This document shows positions 18,199 to 27,966 of a DNA stretch of 39,258 nucleotides, in pieces. The stretch covers positions 1-39,258 of the forward strand of contig JAQBGU010000003.1 of the NCBI GenBank assembly GCA_032128375.1, written 5' to 3'. How positions within the stretch are numbered: position 1 is the stretch's first letter; every line of letters begins with the position of its first letter. Source of the stretch: Deltaproteobacteria bacterium (GTDB taxonomy: Bacteria; Myxococcota_A; UBA9160; SMWR01). Made by a program: the position numbers and the translations under genes. The notes beneath the pieces are model-generated. The model ran no database searches, had not been told where the DNA came from, and saw only the letters and a program-made list of their open reading frames with translations.

Positions 18199-18897
18199 GT
18201 GACCCGCGCGTGGCAGGTGGTCGAGCGCATTGACGGCCCAGACGGCTGTCTCGAGTTGCGTCGCCGGGGTGACCGCGACTTCTTGATCGCGCTCGACCGG
18301 CGCGTATTGATGAACGCCATGGCGAGCCGCTCCGAAAAAGCGCTGGGGCGAGCCGCCGCAGAATCGACTGCGGGTTCCAAGTCGCCGCAGGTACTGATCG
18401 GCGGCCTGGGCATGGGGTTTACGCTGCGCGCTGCGCTCGACGTGCTGCCAAACGATGCGCGCGTTTTCGTCGCAGAGATCGAACCCGCGGTGGTTCGCTG
18501 GTGCGAAGGCCCGCTCGCTGCACTGACCCAGGCTGCGGTCGCCGACCCGCGCGTCGAAGTGGCGATCACAGACGTGGCCGAGACGATCCGGCATAGCGAC
18601 GGCCGCTTCGACGTGATCGCGCTCGACCTCTACGAGGGTGTCCGGCTTCCGAAACGCGGTACCCAAGACCCCTATTACGGCGACGAGGCGCTGCGCGTGA
18701 TGTGCCGAGCGCTGCGCGTCGGCGGCAGTTTTGCGCGCTGGTGCGAACAGGCTGACTCCAGGTTCGAGCGTCGACTCGCTCGCGCAGGGTTCGAGTTCGA
18801 GCGCCGCAGTGCCGGGCGCGGCGGACGCAAGCACGCTGTCTACCTCGCTCGCCTGAAGTCGCGCCGCGAGCGACAGCCTCAACCCGTTTCGAACTAG
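18199..18897 (+). CDS. Spermidine synthase-like SAM-dependent methyltransferase
   Basis: LELRRRG..DFLI, VLMN, VLIGGLGMGFTL, AEIEP.VVRW and FDVIALD. Likely start GTG 18199 (ORF track gives 18136). Confidence 0.8.
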   Translation: MTRAWQVVERIDGPDGCLELRRRGDRDFLIALDRRVLMNAMASRSEKALGRAAAESTAGSKSPQVLIGGLGMGFTLRAALDVLPNDARVFVAEIEPAVVRWCEGPLAALTQAAVADPRVEVAITDVAETIRHSDGRFDVIALDLYEGVRLPKRGTQDPYYGDEALRVMCRALRVGGSFARWCEQADSRFERRLARAGFEFERRSAGRGGRKHAVYLARLKSRRERQPQPVSN

Positions 18898-19080
18898 AAG
18901 TCAGACCGAAGCTGGGTCGGGCGACGACGTGGAGGTTTTCGCCGCGCAGCAGGCAATATTTTCCGGAACTGGAGACGTTCGCAAACTCGGCGCTGAGCGC
19001 CGCAGCGATTTTCGCTGGGCGACGACTGGTTCAGATGCTATAGCCGGATCTCACATTTCCAATAACTGGAGGATTCCAGG

Positions 19081-19560
19081 ATGTCGAAATTGTTTGCCCT
19101 CGTTCCCACCCTGCTGACGAGCGTGGCCCTCGTCACGGTAGCTGCACCCTGTCTCGGGCAGACCGCGACCGACGAGATCGAGATGGTCAGGAGCGTGATC
19201 CAGACGGAGCGCAAGGCCGTCGTGGCGACGAACATGAATCTCAGCGAGGCCGAGAGCGAGGCGTTCTGGCCCGTCTACAACCAATACGCGGCAGCCATGC
19301 GTGAGGTGAATGACCGTCGCGTGAAAATCCTCACCCAGCTCGCCACTGACATCGCAACGCTGACGGACGAACAGGCGCTCGACCTCCTCGACGAGTCCTT
19401 TGAGTTTCAGGCGAAGCGCGCGAAGGTGCGCAGGTCGTACCAGAGAAGATTCGGGAAGGTTCTGTCCGGTAAGCAGGTCGCTCGCTTCTACCAGATCGAC
19501 GGCAAGATCGACACCATGATCGACTTCGACGTCGCGCGCGCCGTCCCGCTCGTGCGCTGA
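19081..19560 (+). CDS. Secreted helical hypothetical protein
   Basis: GGAGG RBS, signal peptide, L..AE..AFWPVY..Y motif, GC3-biased codons. Confidence 0.75.
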   Translation: MSKLFALVPTLLTSVALVTVAAPCLGQTATDEIEMVRSVIQTERKAVVATNMNLSEAESEAFWPVYNQYAAAMREVNDRRVKILTQLATDIATLTDEQALDLLDESFEFQAKRAKVRRSYQRRFGKVLSGKQVARFYQIDGKIDTMIDFDVARAVPLVR

Positions 19561-19599
19561 CCGCTGCTTTGGAGCTTGGCAGGCTACGAAGACGGGCTT

Positions 19600-19962
19600 C
19601 TACGTTGCTTCCGCCGGGACGATCACATTCACCGCGAACGCCAGCCTCTCTGACACTGCGAAGTTACGCATCGCGTTGATCCGAATCTGTTCCTGTTCAC
19701 CGGGGGGGCTTGTGCAGTCGAGTTGGATTCGGACGGCCTTGTCGGCGTATTGCGGGTATTGATCGACGAGGTGCCCGTCGAGCACGTAGCTCACGTAGCT
19801 GTTGTATTTCTCGTCGAGTTGCTCGAGCTGGTCCGCGACGCTGCCCCAGGCGCGTTCTTCGAGCATCAGGAGCACCACCTGGTTCGCCTCTGCGTCCAAA
19901 CGGATCAGGTCGATCACATGGGGGTTCTGGATCCCGCGCGGTTCGGGTTCTGCTTCGCTCAT
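19600..19962 (-). CDS. DUF6572-like protein
   Basis: IQNPHVIDLI, L.M.E.R.W and L.EK.NSY..Y..DG.L...YP pattern. Confidence 0.6.
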   Translation of the reverse strand: MSEAEPEPRGIQNPHVIDLIRLDAEANQVVLLMLEERAWGSVADQLEQLDEKYNSYVSYVLDGHLVDQYPQYADKAVRIQLDCTSPPGEQEQIRINAMRNFAVSERLAFAVNVIVPAEAT

Positions 19963-20116
19963 GTCGATCCTTGAAGCCCTCCGGGAGGTTTGGCTGTTGC
20001 GGCCAGCGGCGGGATGATACGATTCGGCCCGCGTACTTCAATCACCAGTCTCACCAATTCACCGAGGCGTGCTTCGCAGCGGTGAACCTCTAATCGCAAC
20101 GCGGGAGGGACCCCCC

Positions 20117-20536
20117 ATGGGCATCGCAGATCGCTACCAGGCCTACGCCGAGGCCTTCGAAGAGAGCTACCTGGATGACGACTGGTCTCGCATCGAGGCG
20201 TATTTTACGCCGGACGCAGTCTACGAGGGCGACCCGGACGCGCAGGGCCGCGACGCAGTCATCGCGAAGCTGAAGGGCGGGGTCGACGGCTTCGATCGCA
20301 AGATGGACAAGCGAATCCCGGACTTCCAGCCGCCGACGGTCGATGGCAACACTCTCGTGATGAAATGGACGGTCACCTACCCAAAGGCCGGCGCCCCCAA
20401 CCTCGTGATTTCGGGTGTCGAAACAGCCGTGTTCGAGGGAGACCGCATCGCGCGCTTGCGAGACGACTTCGACCCGGCGGCCCAGAAGGCGATGGGTGAA
20501 TGGATGGCGGAACACGCAGCCAAGCTCGAGAGCTGA
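20117..20536 (+). CDS. SnoaL/NTF2-like protein
   Basis: GGAGG RBS and ATG 20117; FTPDAVYE..., GRDAV, and C-terminal G.E...FEGDRI..L.D. Confidence 0.78.
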   Translation: MGIADRYQAYAEAFEESYLDDDWSRIEAYFTPDAVYEGDPDAQGRDAVIAKLKGGVDGFDRKMDKRIPDFQPPTVDGNTLVMKWTVTYPKAGAPNLVISGVETAVFEGDRIARLRDDFDPAAQKAMGEWMAEHAAKLES

Positions 20537-20549
20537 ATCGAGAGCTGAA
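20526..20549 (+). repeat. 12-bp duplication including the stop codon
   Basis: tcgagagctgaa tcgagagctgaa. Confidence 0.8.
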
Positions 20550-20606
20550 TCGAAAGGCTCCGGCAACAGAAGGGCCCGAGAAGTCGCTGGTGGGAAGCGG
20601 CCGCTG

Positions 20607-21401
20607 TCAGTTCGACTTGTCTTGCATCGCACGCCGAATGCTCGCCATGATGTCGTCGGCTCGGGGCAGCCGGCGCAACGCGCCGCCGCCGTCGATATGG
20701 ATATTTTCGCCGGTGACGAACGCTGATTCGTCGCTGGCGAGGTAGAGGACCGCGTTGACGACGTCCTCGATCTCGGGGAGTGCGCCCAACGGCGTCTCGG
20801 CGATCAGGGCTTCCTTCACGCCCGGCGTGGCCAAAAGCTGAGCGATCATAGGTGTCGCGACGGTGGTCGGTGACACGACGTTGACTCGGATGCGTTTCGC
20901 ACCGTACTCGGACGCGGCGATTCGCGACGCGTGATTCATGCCGGCTTTCGCGCCCGCATAGGGTGCGTAGCCCTCTGCGACCAGCGTTCCGGTCAGCGAC
21001 GATATGGTGACGATCGAGCCGTCTTCGCCCATCGCGTTTGCCATGTGCTGGATGAAGTAGAGCGCGCCGGTGAACTGAACGGCCACCATTTTTTCGACGC
21101 GTTCTGGCTCGAGGGTCGCGATCGGGCAGTTGTCCTCGAAGCCCGCCGAGTTGATCGCTACGTCGAGGTGCCCGAGCCGATCGACCGCGTGTGCGGCCAG
21201 GGCTTGGATGTCCGCGAAGCTCGACGCGTCACACACACGACTCTCGACGCCGAGTTCGTCGGCGACCTGCTTCAGCCGATCGGGGCCGCGTGCGGCGATC
21301 AGGACCTTCGCACCCTCCGCGACGAAACGCCGTGCGATTCCCTCTCCGAAGCCACTCGAGCCGCCCACGACTACCGCGGCCTTTCCGTCCATTCTTCCCA
21401 T
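20607..21401 (-). CDS. Short-chain dehydrogenase/reductase
   Basis: GGSSGFG, NSAG, ISS, YAGAK and DGG. Confidence 0.93.
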   Translation of the reverse strand: MGRMDGKAAVVVGGSSGFGEGIARRFVAEGAKVLIAARGPDRLKQVADELGVESRVCDASSFADIQALAAHAVDRLGHLDVAINSAGFEDNCPIATLEPERVEKMVAVQFTGALYFIQHMANAMGEDGSIVTISSLTGTLVAEGYAPYAGAKAGMNHASRIAASEYGAKRIRVNVVSPTTVATPMIAQLLATPGVKEALIAETPLGALPEIEDVVNAVLYLASDESAFVTGENIHIDGGGALRRLPRADDIMASIRRAMQDKSN

Positions 21402-21479
21402 CGATCTTCCCCTTCTGCTGAATTCCGATCTCGGACCTGGCTGTGGGTTCTCGATGGCCCTGAGATTCCGTACTCGCCG

Positions 21480-23165
21480 CTACGCAGATGCCTCGACGGC
21501 ACGATCGCCTGGCGCTGAGGTAACGAGCATCCGGAGCCCTTCGAACATGACCCAGATGTCGAGCGCCAGAATCAGCGCTCCAGTCGCCGCGAGCAGCCAT
21601 TGGTCTGCGAAATTCGCGAAGTAGCCTTGTAGTTCACCGAGCATCGCGATGATGGTCGCCACACCGACAAACAGCATGGGCACCACGGTGTAAACGATGG
21701 GCCGCCCGAGTTTTCGCAGCCAGACCGACACGATGAGTAGCGTCACCGAGGCGACCAGCTGGTTGGTCGTCCCGAACAGCGGCCACAGAATCAAGCCGCC
21801 TTGGCCGCCCGCCTGGGTGACAGCGAGCAGCAGCGCTGCGCTGATACCCGCAATGCCCGCAACAAAGCGATTCTGCAGCGCGCGCACCCCATAGCTCTCG
21901 GCGAGTTCCGCGATGATGAGCCGTTGGATGCGTGCGCCGGTGTCGAGCGACGTCGCCGCGAATGCGATCACCATGACGGCGATGAAGGTCTTGGCAGATT
22001 CGACCGGAATCCCGAGCGCCGCCACGAAGTTCCCACCACCTGAGACGAACGCATCGAGTTTGGCGCCGAGTCCCGACGCCGCACCCCAACTCGCGTAGTG
22101 GCTCGACCACTCTGTCTCGCTCGCGAAACCGGCCGTCGCGGCCAGCACCGCGAGCAACCCGAGTGAGCCTTCGCCGAGCATGCCGCCGTAGCCGATCGCG
22201 CGCGCGTCCGTCATGCACGAGACCTGCTTGGATGTCGTTCCCGAAGACACGAGCCCGTGAAACCCCGAGATAGCGCCACACGCGATCGTGATGAACAGAA
22301 ACGGGATCATCGGTGGCGCGCCTTCCGGTGACGGGTTGATGGCCGGTGCCTGGATGGTCGGATGCAACACCAACAGTCCCAGACTCAGAAGGCCGAGGCC
22401 CGTGATCAGTTGGTGAGAGTTCAAGTAGTCGCGAGGTTGCAGCAACATCCAGACGGGCAGCACCGACGCCACCAACGAGTAGGTCAGTAGGATCCAGACC
22501 CAGGCCGTGACGGAGATATCGCCGATCGCGGGAAACGCGCTGGCGAAGCTGTTGCCGTACAAGATGGCCGCAAGGAGCAGCGCGTAGCCGATCAGCGACG
22601 GCCAAAGGATCGGGACTCCCCGCCGGTGCACGAGCCAACCCAATCCCATCGCGACGATGATCTGCACGTTGATCGGGAAGATCGCGCCCGGATTGCCGAC
22701 GAAGAGTGTTCCGATGATGAACGCAAACACCGCCAACACGATCCAGATCAGAATCGAGATGATCACCAGGAACGCAGTTCGCGCGCTCGGGCTCACGACG
22801 CTGCCGGCGATCTGGCCTATCGATCCGCCGCGGTGTCGCAAGCTGATGACCAGCGCCGAGAAGTCGTGGACCGCTCCCATGAAGATGGTACCCACCACGA
22901 CCCAGATCAGCGCCGGCAACCAACCCCAGATGACGGCGATCGCCGGGCCGACGATGGGCGCGGCTCCGGCGATCGACGTGAAATGGTGGCCCCACAGCAC
23001 GTGCTTCGGGGTGGGCACGAAGTCGACACCGTCTTCGAACTCGCGGGCTGGGACCGGCTCGCCATCGGTCAACTGGAACAGCGAGCGGGTCAAGAACGCG
23101 GCATAGAACCGATAGCCGAGCGCGAATGCCGCGAACGCGATCGCTGCGAGGACGGCGGCATTCAT
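21480..23165 (-). CDS. cstA: Carbon starvation protein A family transporter
   Basis: DGVDFVPT, GHHFTSIAGAAPIVGP, LLQPRDYLN, IACGAISGFH and WPLFGTTNQL. Confidence 0.95.
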   Translation of the reverse strand: MNAAVLAAIAFAAFALGYRFYAAFLTRSLFQLTDGEPVPAREFEDGVDFVPTPKHVLWGHHFTSIAGAAPIVGPAIAVIWGWLPALIWVVVGTIFMGAVHDFSALVISLRHRGGSIGQIAGSVVSPSARTAFLVIISILIWIVLAVFAFIIGTLFVGNPGAIFPINVQIIVAMGLGWLVHRRGVPILWPSLIGYALLLAAILYGNSFASAFPAIGDISVTAWVWILLTYSLVASVLPVWMLLQPRDYLNSHQLITGLGLLSLGLLVLHPTIQAPAINPSPEGAPPMIPFLFITIACGAISGFHGLVSSGTTSKQVSCMTDARAIGYGGMLGEGSLGLLAVLAATAGFASETEWSSHYASWGAASGLGAKLDAFVSGGGNFVAALGIPVESAKTFIAVMVIAFAATSLDTGARIQRLIIAELAESYGVRALQNRFVAGIAGISAALLLAVTQAGGQGGLILWPLFGTTNQLVASVTLLIVSVWLRKLGRPIVYTVVPMLFVGVATIIAMLGELQGYFANFADQWLLAATGALILALDIWVMFEGLRMLVTSAPGDRAVEASA

Positions 23166-23230
23166 CTAGCCATTTCCTGAGCCACAGCGCAATTTTCAGC
23201 CCATTTTCCAAACCGTTGCTCAACCATTGG

Positions 23231-24955
23231 CTAAGCCAGGTTACCCGTGTCAAAAGGCACAGCGCCCTTGCCGCGCAGGACGTTTTTCAAAAGCTTTCCT
23301 GCGGCGTTGCGGGGCAGCGGCTGCTCGGTGAATGCGACGAACTCTGGCACCTTGAAGCGTGCCATGTGTTCGGCGACGTGCGCCTGGACTGCGCGCTCGG
23401 TCAGCTGTGATCCAGCCACACGGCGCACGATTGCCTTGACGCGTTCGCCCATCTCGGCGTCGGGGACGCCGACCACCGCGGCCTCGTCGATTTCTGGATG
23501 GTCGGCCAGGCAGTTTTCGATCTCGCTGCAATAGACGTTCTCGCCGCCGCGCAGGATCATGTCCTTGGCGCGGTCGACCACGAAGTAGAAGCCGTCCGAG
23601 TCGACATAACCCAGGTCTCCCGAGTACAGCCAGCCGTCGACAACCGTTTCGGCGGTAGCGTCGGGGCGGTTCCAGTAGCCCGGTGTGATGGTCGGACCGT
23701 AGATCAACAGCTCCCCGAGTTGGCCAGTCGGCATCTCAGTGCCAGCTTCATTCTGGATCTTCATGTCGAGAAACGGCATCGGTCGGCCAACCGACGTCTT
23801 GCGCGACAGCAGGTCCTTGCCGCCGTTTACTGTGGCGACGCCGTGGGTTTCGGTCAGCCCATAGGCGTTGGCAAAGCTCGGCTCGATCGGCAGCACCTCG
23901 CGCGCCTTCTCGATCGTCTCGGGCGGCGTCGGTGCGCCGCCGAACGAGACGGACCGCAGGCTCGACAGGTCGTAGTCGGCGACTTTGGGCGAATGCACGA
24001 CCCGGTGCAGCATCGTCGGAATCGCACCCCACAGGCTGATCTTTTCGCGCTCGATCAATTGCATGCACTGCTCGGGATCGAACTTGCCCTCCAGGAACAC
24101 GAGCTTCGCTCCGACCGTCATGCCGACGCAGACGCCCGAGTGCAGGCCGCCGACGTGGAACAGCGGTGAACTCAGCAGCGAAGCTGGCTGCGCGCCGGTA
24201 TTCGGCAGCGGGGTTGCGCCGCCCGAGATGGCCCCCGCGACGCTGCTGAAGACTACGCCGAGGACCTGCGAGATCGTTCCGCGATGGGTGGTGATGCAGC
24301 CCTTGGATCGACCGGTCGTGCCCGACGTGTACAAGATCACGAACGGGTCGTCTTCGTCGATTTCGACCGTCGGCGGGTGTTCCCAGGGTTCGAGCAGCTC
24401 TGCGATCGGGATCGTCCCGCTCGGCGGTGTGTCGCCGATGTAGAAGACTTTCTCGAGGCTCGGGATCTTTCCCAGCAGCGGCTCGACGCGCGGGTACAGG
24501 TGATCGTCGACAACCAGCATTCGGCTGCCTGAATCGTTCAACCCGTACTCGATCTCTTCGGTCGCCCACCAGCCGTTGAGTCCGACGCCAATCGCGCCGA
24601 TCGACGTGGCGCCGAACAGCGCCATCAACCAGTCCGGACAGTTGTACGACAACACGGCGAGCCGATCGCCCTTGCGCAGGCCGTGCTCGGTCAGCCCGCG
24701 CGACGCGCCCCAGACGCGCTGGGCAAAATCGGCGTAGCTGATGCGTCGGTCGCCGTGAACCAGGAAGTCCTGATCGCCTCGGGCAGCCACGTTGACGATC
24801 TTTTCGCGCAGCGACTTTTCGCGATTCTTGAACGTCCGGACGTTTCGGCCGTTCATCGTTTCGGTGACGATTTCGAATGGGCCTCCCGGCCCGGTCAGGC
24901 TTGCGACGGCTTCGTTGTACGTCGGTGAAGGGTTGGGCGAAGAGTCAGGGGACAT
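23231..24955 (-). CDS. Class I adenylate-forming enzyme (acyl-CoA ligase)
   Basis: YTSGTTGRSKG, YGLTE, SGDLG, RGGENV and GKLLK. Confidence 0.93.
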   Translation of the reverse strand: MSPDSSPNPSPTYNEAVASLTGPGGPFEIVTETMNGRNVRTFKNREKSLREKIVNVAARGDQDFLVHGDRRISYADFAQRVWGASRGLTEHGLRKGDRLAVLSYNCPDWLMALFGATSIGAIGVGLNGWWATEEIEYGLNDSGSRMLVVDDHLYPRVEPLLGKIPSLEKVFYIGDTPPSGTIPIAELLEPWEHPPTVEIDEDDPFVILYTSGTTGRSKGCITTHRGTISQVLGVVFSSVAGAISGGATPLPNTGAQPASLLSSPLFHVGGLHSGVCVGMTVGAKLVFLEGKFDPEQCMQLIEREKISLWGAIPTMLHRVVHSPKVADYDLSSLRSVSFGGAPTPPETIEKAREVLPIEPSFANAYGLTETHGVATVNGGKDLLSRKTSVGRPMPFLDMKIQNEAGTEMPTGQLGELLIYGPTITPGYWNRPDATAETVVDGWLYSGDLGYVDSDGFYFVVDRAKDMILRGGENVYCSEIENCLADHPEIDEAAVVGVPDAEMGERVKAIVRRVAGSQLTERAVQAHVAEHMARFKVPEFVAFTEQPLPRNAAGKLLKNVLRGKGAVPFDTGNLA

Positions 24956-25039
24956 GGGATCTCGGTAGTCGATGAAGGGTTCGATGAGAGTTCGATCAGG
25001 GTTCGCAGTAAAAAATCGGTTGGACGCCGCCGGCTCGGT

Positions 25040-27427
25040 TCAACCGCTCGCGGGCAAGGCTACCATGGAAACGCGGTTCACACGGCTCGGTTGACGCTCG
25101 GGTGGTCGCTCCGGCTCCACCGAGGAGCCGCCGACCGAATCCGCGAAGTCGATGTAGATCGGCGATGACCAGGCCCGTTCGCGGGCTTCGCTCAGACAGT
25201 CGTCGTCTCGATCCGTTTCGAAATTCTGATGGCACGCGTCGACCGCAATGCACTCGCCTTGCTGGTCGAGCGTGCAACGCAGCCCCCCGGCGTTGATGAT
25301 CTGGCTGGGCTCCTCGAGCACGCGCACGTAGTAGACCGAGTCGCGCGCGAAACTTTTGTCGTCGAATTCGACCACGCAGCCGGACGGATCGCGCGGACAA
25401 TCGAAGCTGCGCCACGGGTCCTCGATCAAGGAGGCCACCGGTTCGTTCGGCGTCTGCTGTGGGCGAATCCGGACGACCTCGACCCGGTCGATCCGGCGCC
25501 GATTCTCGCCTGGGAAATCACACTCGTCTGCGCACAACGCGCCGATGCGATCGGGGCCCAATGCGTACAACGCGTAATCCGGACAGCCGGGGCGTTGTAC
25601 CAGAGAGCCCGCTGCGCGCACTCGGAACCGCGGGGTGTCGATCATGGCCAGTTCGGAACCCATCGGCGCGCTGTGATCGGCGTTCACCCCGTGTGGAGTG
25701 GGCGGGTTGATCAGGTCGAACCAGAGCAGAATTTTCGTGCCGCTGGTCGCGTAGACCTCGCGACGTTTCAGCCCATCCCAAATCGAGCGTCGGTCGCGGC
25801 CACTGGTATGGACTGCGGTGAGCCCGCCAGCGCTGAGGAACGAACTGGTGCGCTCGATTTCGAAGCTTCCCAATCCACCGAAGCTGCCGGCTTCGAGGGG
25901 TTGGCTGGCAATCCGGTCGCCTCCGCGTCCAAGCACCGTGTCGAGCGCTGCGGGCGTCTCGAACTTCAGCCCGTCGACGAAGAAATTTCGGTTGAGCTGC
26001 TTGTAGCCGATGCCGGGTTTCGCCTGGTGGCCATCGCTCGCGGCGACGAAGCCGAAGCGTGTGCGCTTGGGTCGCGTATCTAGTTCGGCCGCGCGGGTCT
26101 CGTTCGCATCGCCGGTCTTGTCGGCTGCGCGAAAGTGCGAGATCGCTGCCACGTACTGTACCGAATTGCCCGGCCGGTGATTGAATGCCGGCAAAAAACA
26201 GTCACGACACTGTCCGGAATCGAGCCAGTCGTCGGGACGTTGGCCCGGCACGACTTGGAACCCCCGAGTCCCGGTATCGACGTAGCGTTGGCGAGTCAGC
26301 ACCGCTCGCTGCTCGCAGACCTGCGCATTTCCGCCCGCCGCCGTGCAGCGCTCGCGCATGATCTCGCCGGCACGCCAACACGAGGGCAGGTAGTCGGGGC
26401 GCGGTGCGGGGCACTTCGGCGAACCGTCGGCTGCGGTCACGACGGACCGCCAATCGCGGTATTGCTCGGCGCTGCCGTGCCCCGAATAGACTTCGAACAG
26501 CGTTTGCAGCGCGGGGTCGTCCTGCTCGGTCCCCAGCTGTTTGTCCCAGCTCGAGCCGAGCGGCGTATAGAACCCCCAGCTGGTGCCATGCGGGATGACG
26601 ACCGAATCGCCTCCCCATTCGCGCAGCTTCCGAAACAGCACGGCCGGTGTCGGCGCGATTTCGCGACAATTTCCGGGCAATTCGCTGGTATGGACATCTT
26701 CCGCACAAACGGGCACTTCACTGCGGTCCTTCATGTAACGCGCGAAGTCGAAGTAGCGCTGAGGGGAACGCTCGAGATCGAGCAGCGCGAGGGCGCCGGG
26801 CCCGCTGGCGCCGCCGACCGCGAGCGCGATGGGTTCGGCGATCGGCCGCTTCGGAACGAGGTCGCTGGCCGTTTCCAACAGCACGATGTTCTTGTGGCCG
26901 TAGTGGCTGGCGGCCGTTTGACCGACCTGCGTCCATTCCCAGCCCAGGAACGAAACCAGGTCGGGTCGCTCCGGATCGCCGGAGCGCGCATTGCAATCTC
27001 GGATCGACTGCTGTGTTTCGTGCCAGTGTTCGGGGGTCAGGTTCGAGGCGTGATCATTGATCGACCAGAAGTCGAGCCCCGCGCAATAGCGCGCGAAATC
27101 GCAGGCATCGGCCGGCGGGTGTGCGCCGGTGCCGCCGAAGATCGGCAGGCTGGACGCGAACGCATCGGTCGAAAAAGTCGTGTGGACGTGCAGGTCGCCG
27201 AACAAGATCTGGCGCCCCCGCGGCACGCCCAGCGCAGCGGCGCGGGCACCGCGCGCAGCTTCGCGGCCGAATACGATGCCATTGGGAATGGCCTCGCCGC
27301 GAATCTCGCCGGGACCTTCGTGCTCACCGAGCAGGCCCCAGGAGATCTGGTACAGCATCCACAACGCGACGGCTGCGAACGCGACTGCTGCCAGCGCGAG
27401 TCGTTTCAACGCCAGCGCGGTAGCCAA
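25040..27427 (-). CDS. DUF3604 (PHP-like metallohydrolase), membrane-anchored/secreted
   Basis: FGDLHVHTTFSTDA, NDH, GWEWT, IPHG, SDGH, EVYATSG and ERAWSSPI. Confidence 0.85.
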   Translation of the reverse strand: MATALALKRLALAAVAFAAVALWMLYQISWGLLGEHEGPGEIRGEAIPNGIVFGREAARGARAAALGVPRGRQILFGDLHVHTTFSTDAFASSLPIFGGTGAHPPADACDFARYCAGLDFWSINDHASNLTPEHWHETQQSIRDCNARSGDPERPDLVSFLGWEWTQVGQTAASHYGHKNIVLLETASDLVPKRPIAEPIALAVGGASGPGALALLDLERSPQRYFDFARYMKDRSEVPVCAEDVHTSELPGNCREIAPTPAVLFRKLREWGGDSVVIPHGTSWGFYTPLGSSWDKQLGTEQDDPALQTLFEVYSGHGSAEQYRDWRSVVTAADGSPKCPAPRPDYLPSCWRAGEIMRERCTAAGGNAQVCEQRAVLTRQRYVDTGTRGFQVVPGQRPDDWLDSGQCRDCFLPAFNHRPGNSVQYVAAISHFRAADKTGDANETRAAELDTRPKRTRFGFVAASDGHQAKPGIGYKQLNRNFFVDGLKFETPAALDTVLGRGGDRIASQPLEAGSFGGLGSFEIERTSSFLSAGGLTAVHTSGRDRRSIWDGLKRREVYATSGTKILLWFDLINPPTPHGVNADHSAPMGSELAMIDTPRFRVRAAGSLVQRPGCPDYALYALGPDRIGALCADECDFPGENRRRIDRVEVVRIRPQQTPNEPVASLIEDPWRSFDCPRDPSGCVVEFDDKSFARDSVYYVRVLEEPSQIINAGGLRCTLDQQGECIAVDACHQNFETDRDDDCLSEARERAWSSPIYIDFADSVGGSSVEPERPPERQPSRVNRVSMVALPASG

Positions 27428-27909
27428 CGAGTCGCGAGGTGCGCGCCCGCCAGTGCGGACACGCCGCCCAAGGTGTCGAGAAGCACATCGGACGTCGCGC
27501 CCATCCGATCAGACGATTGGGCTTGTCGCCATTCGTCGACAGCGGCCACGGCCACCACGACCGCCACGCTCGAGAGCGCACTGCTCCATCTCGACCAGCC
27601 ATAGCTCAAGCGCCAGGCGCGAATACACAACAGGGCGAGGATCCCGTACTCGACGACGTGCGCTGCCTTGCGGATTGCGAACTGGACCGAACTGAGCCAG
27701 TCGGCGCTGGACTCGGGGAACAACCAGTGCAGTAGCGGGCCCAGCAAGCGCGAGGTCTCGCTGTTGGAAAAATGGTCGCCTCCAAGCGACTGAATCATTG
27801 TGATCCACAGCGCGACGCATAGCCACGCAACGCCGCGCGAGGTGGGGGGGGCCGCAGGGAGGGGCGCCGAAGATTTTCGCGCCTGTTGCGGCAATTCGAC
27901 GGACCCCAT
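27406..27909 (-). CDS. VanZ-family membrane protein
   Basis: IRKAAHVVEYGILA, DEWRQ...R.G and DV.LD motifs. Likely start ATG 27909. Confidence 0.82.
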   Translation of the reverse strand: MGSVELPQQARKSSAPLPAAPPTSRGVAWLCVALWITMIQSLGGDHFSNSETSRLLGPLLHWLFPESSADWLSSVQFAIRKAAHVVEYGILALLCIRAWRLSYGWSRWSSALSSVAVVVAVAAVDEWRQAQSSDRMGATSDVLLDTLGGVSALAGAHLATRWLPRWR

Positions 27910-27966
27910 CGCGGCGCAGCATAGCCGACGCCGATCGCCTCGATGGCGGGGTATCCTGTCGCGTTG

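Noticed and set aside
26135..27604. Long antisense or alternate-frame ORFs (also 21634..23253, 28768..29988, 32920..34425, 34426..35952)
   Set aside because: Shadow ORFs of well-supported genes, expected in GC-rich DNA; Arg/Ala/Pro-rich or motif-free.
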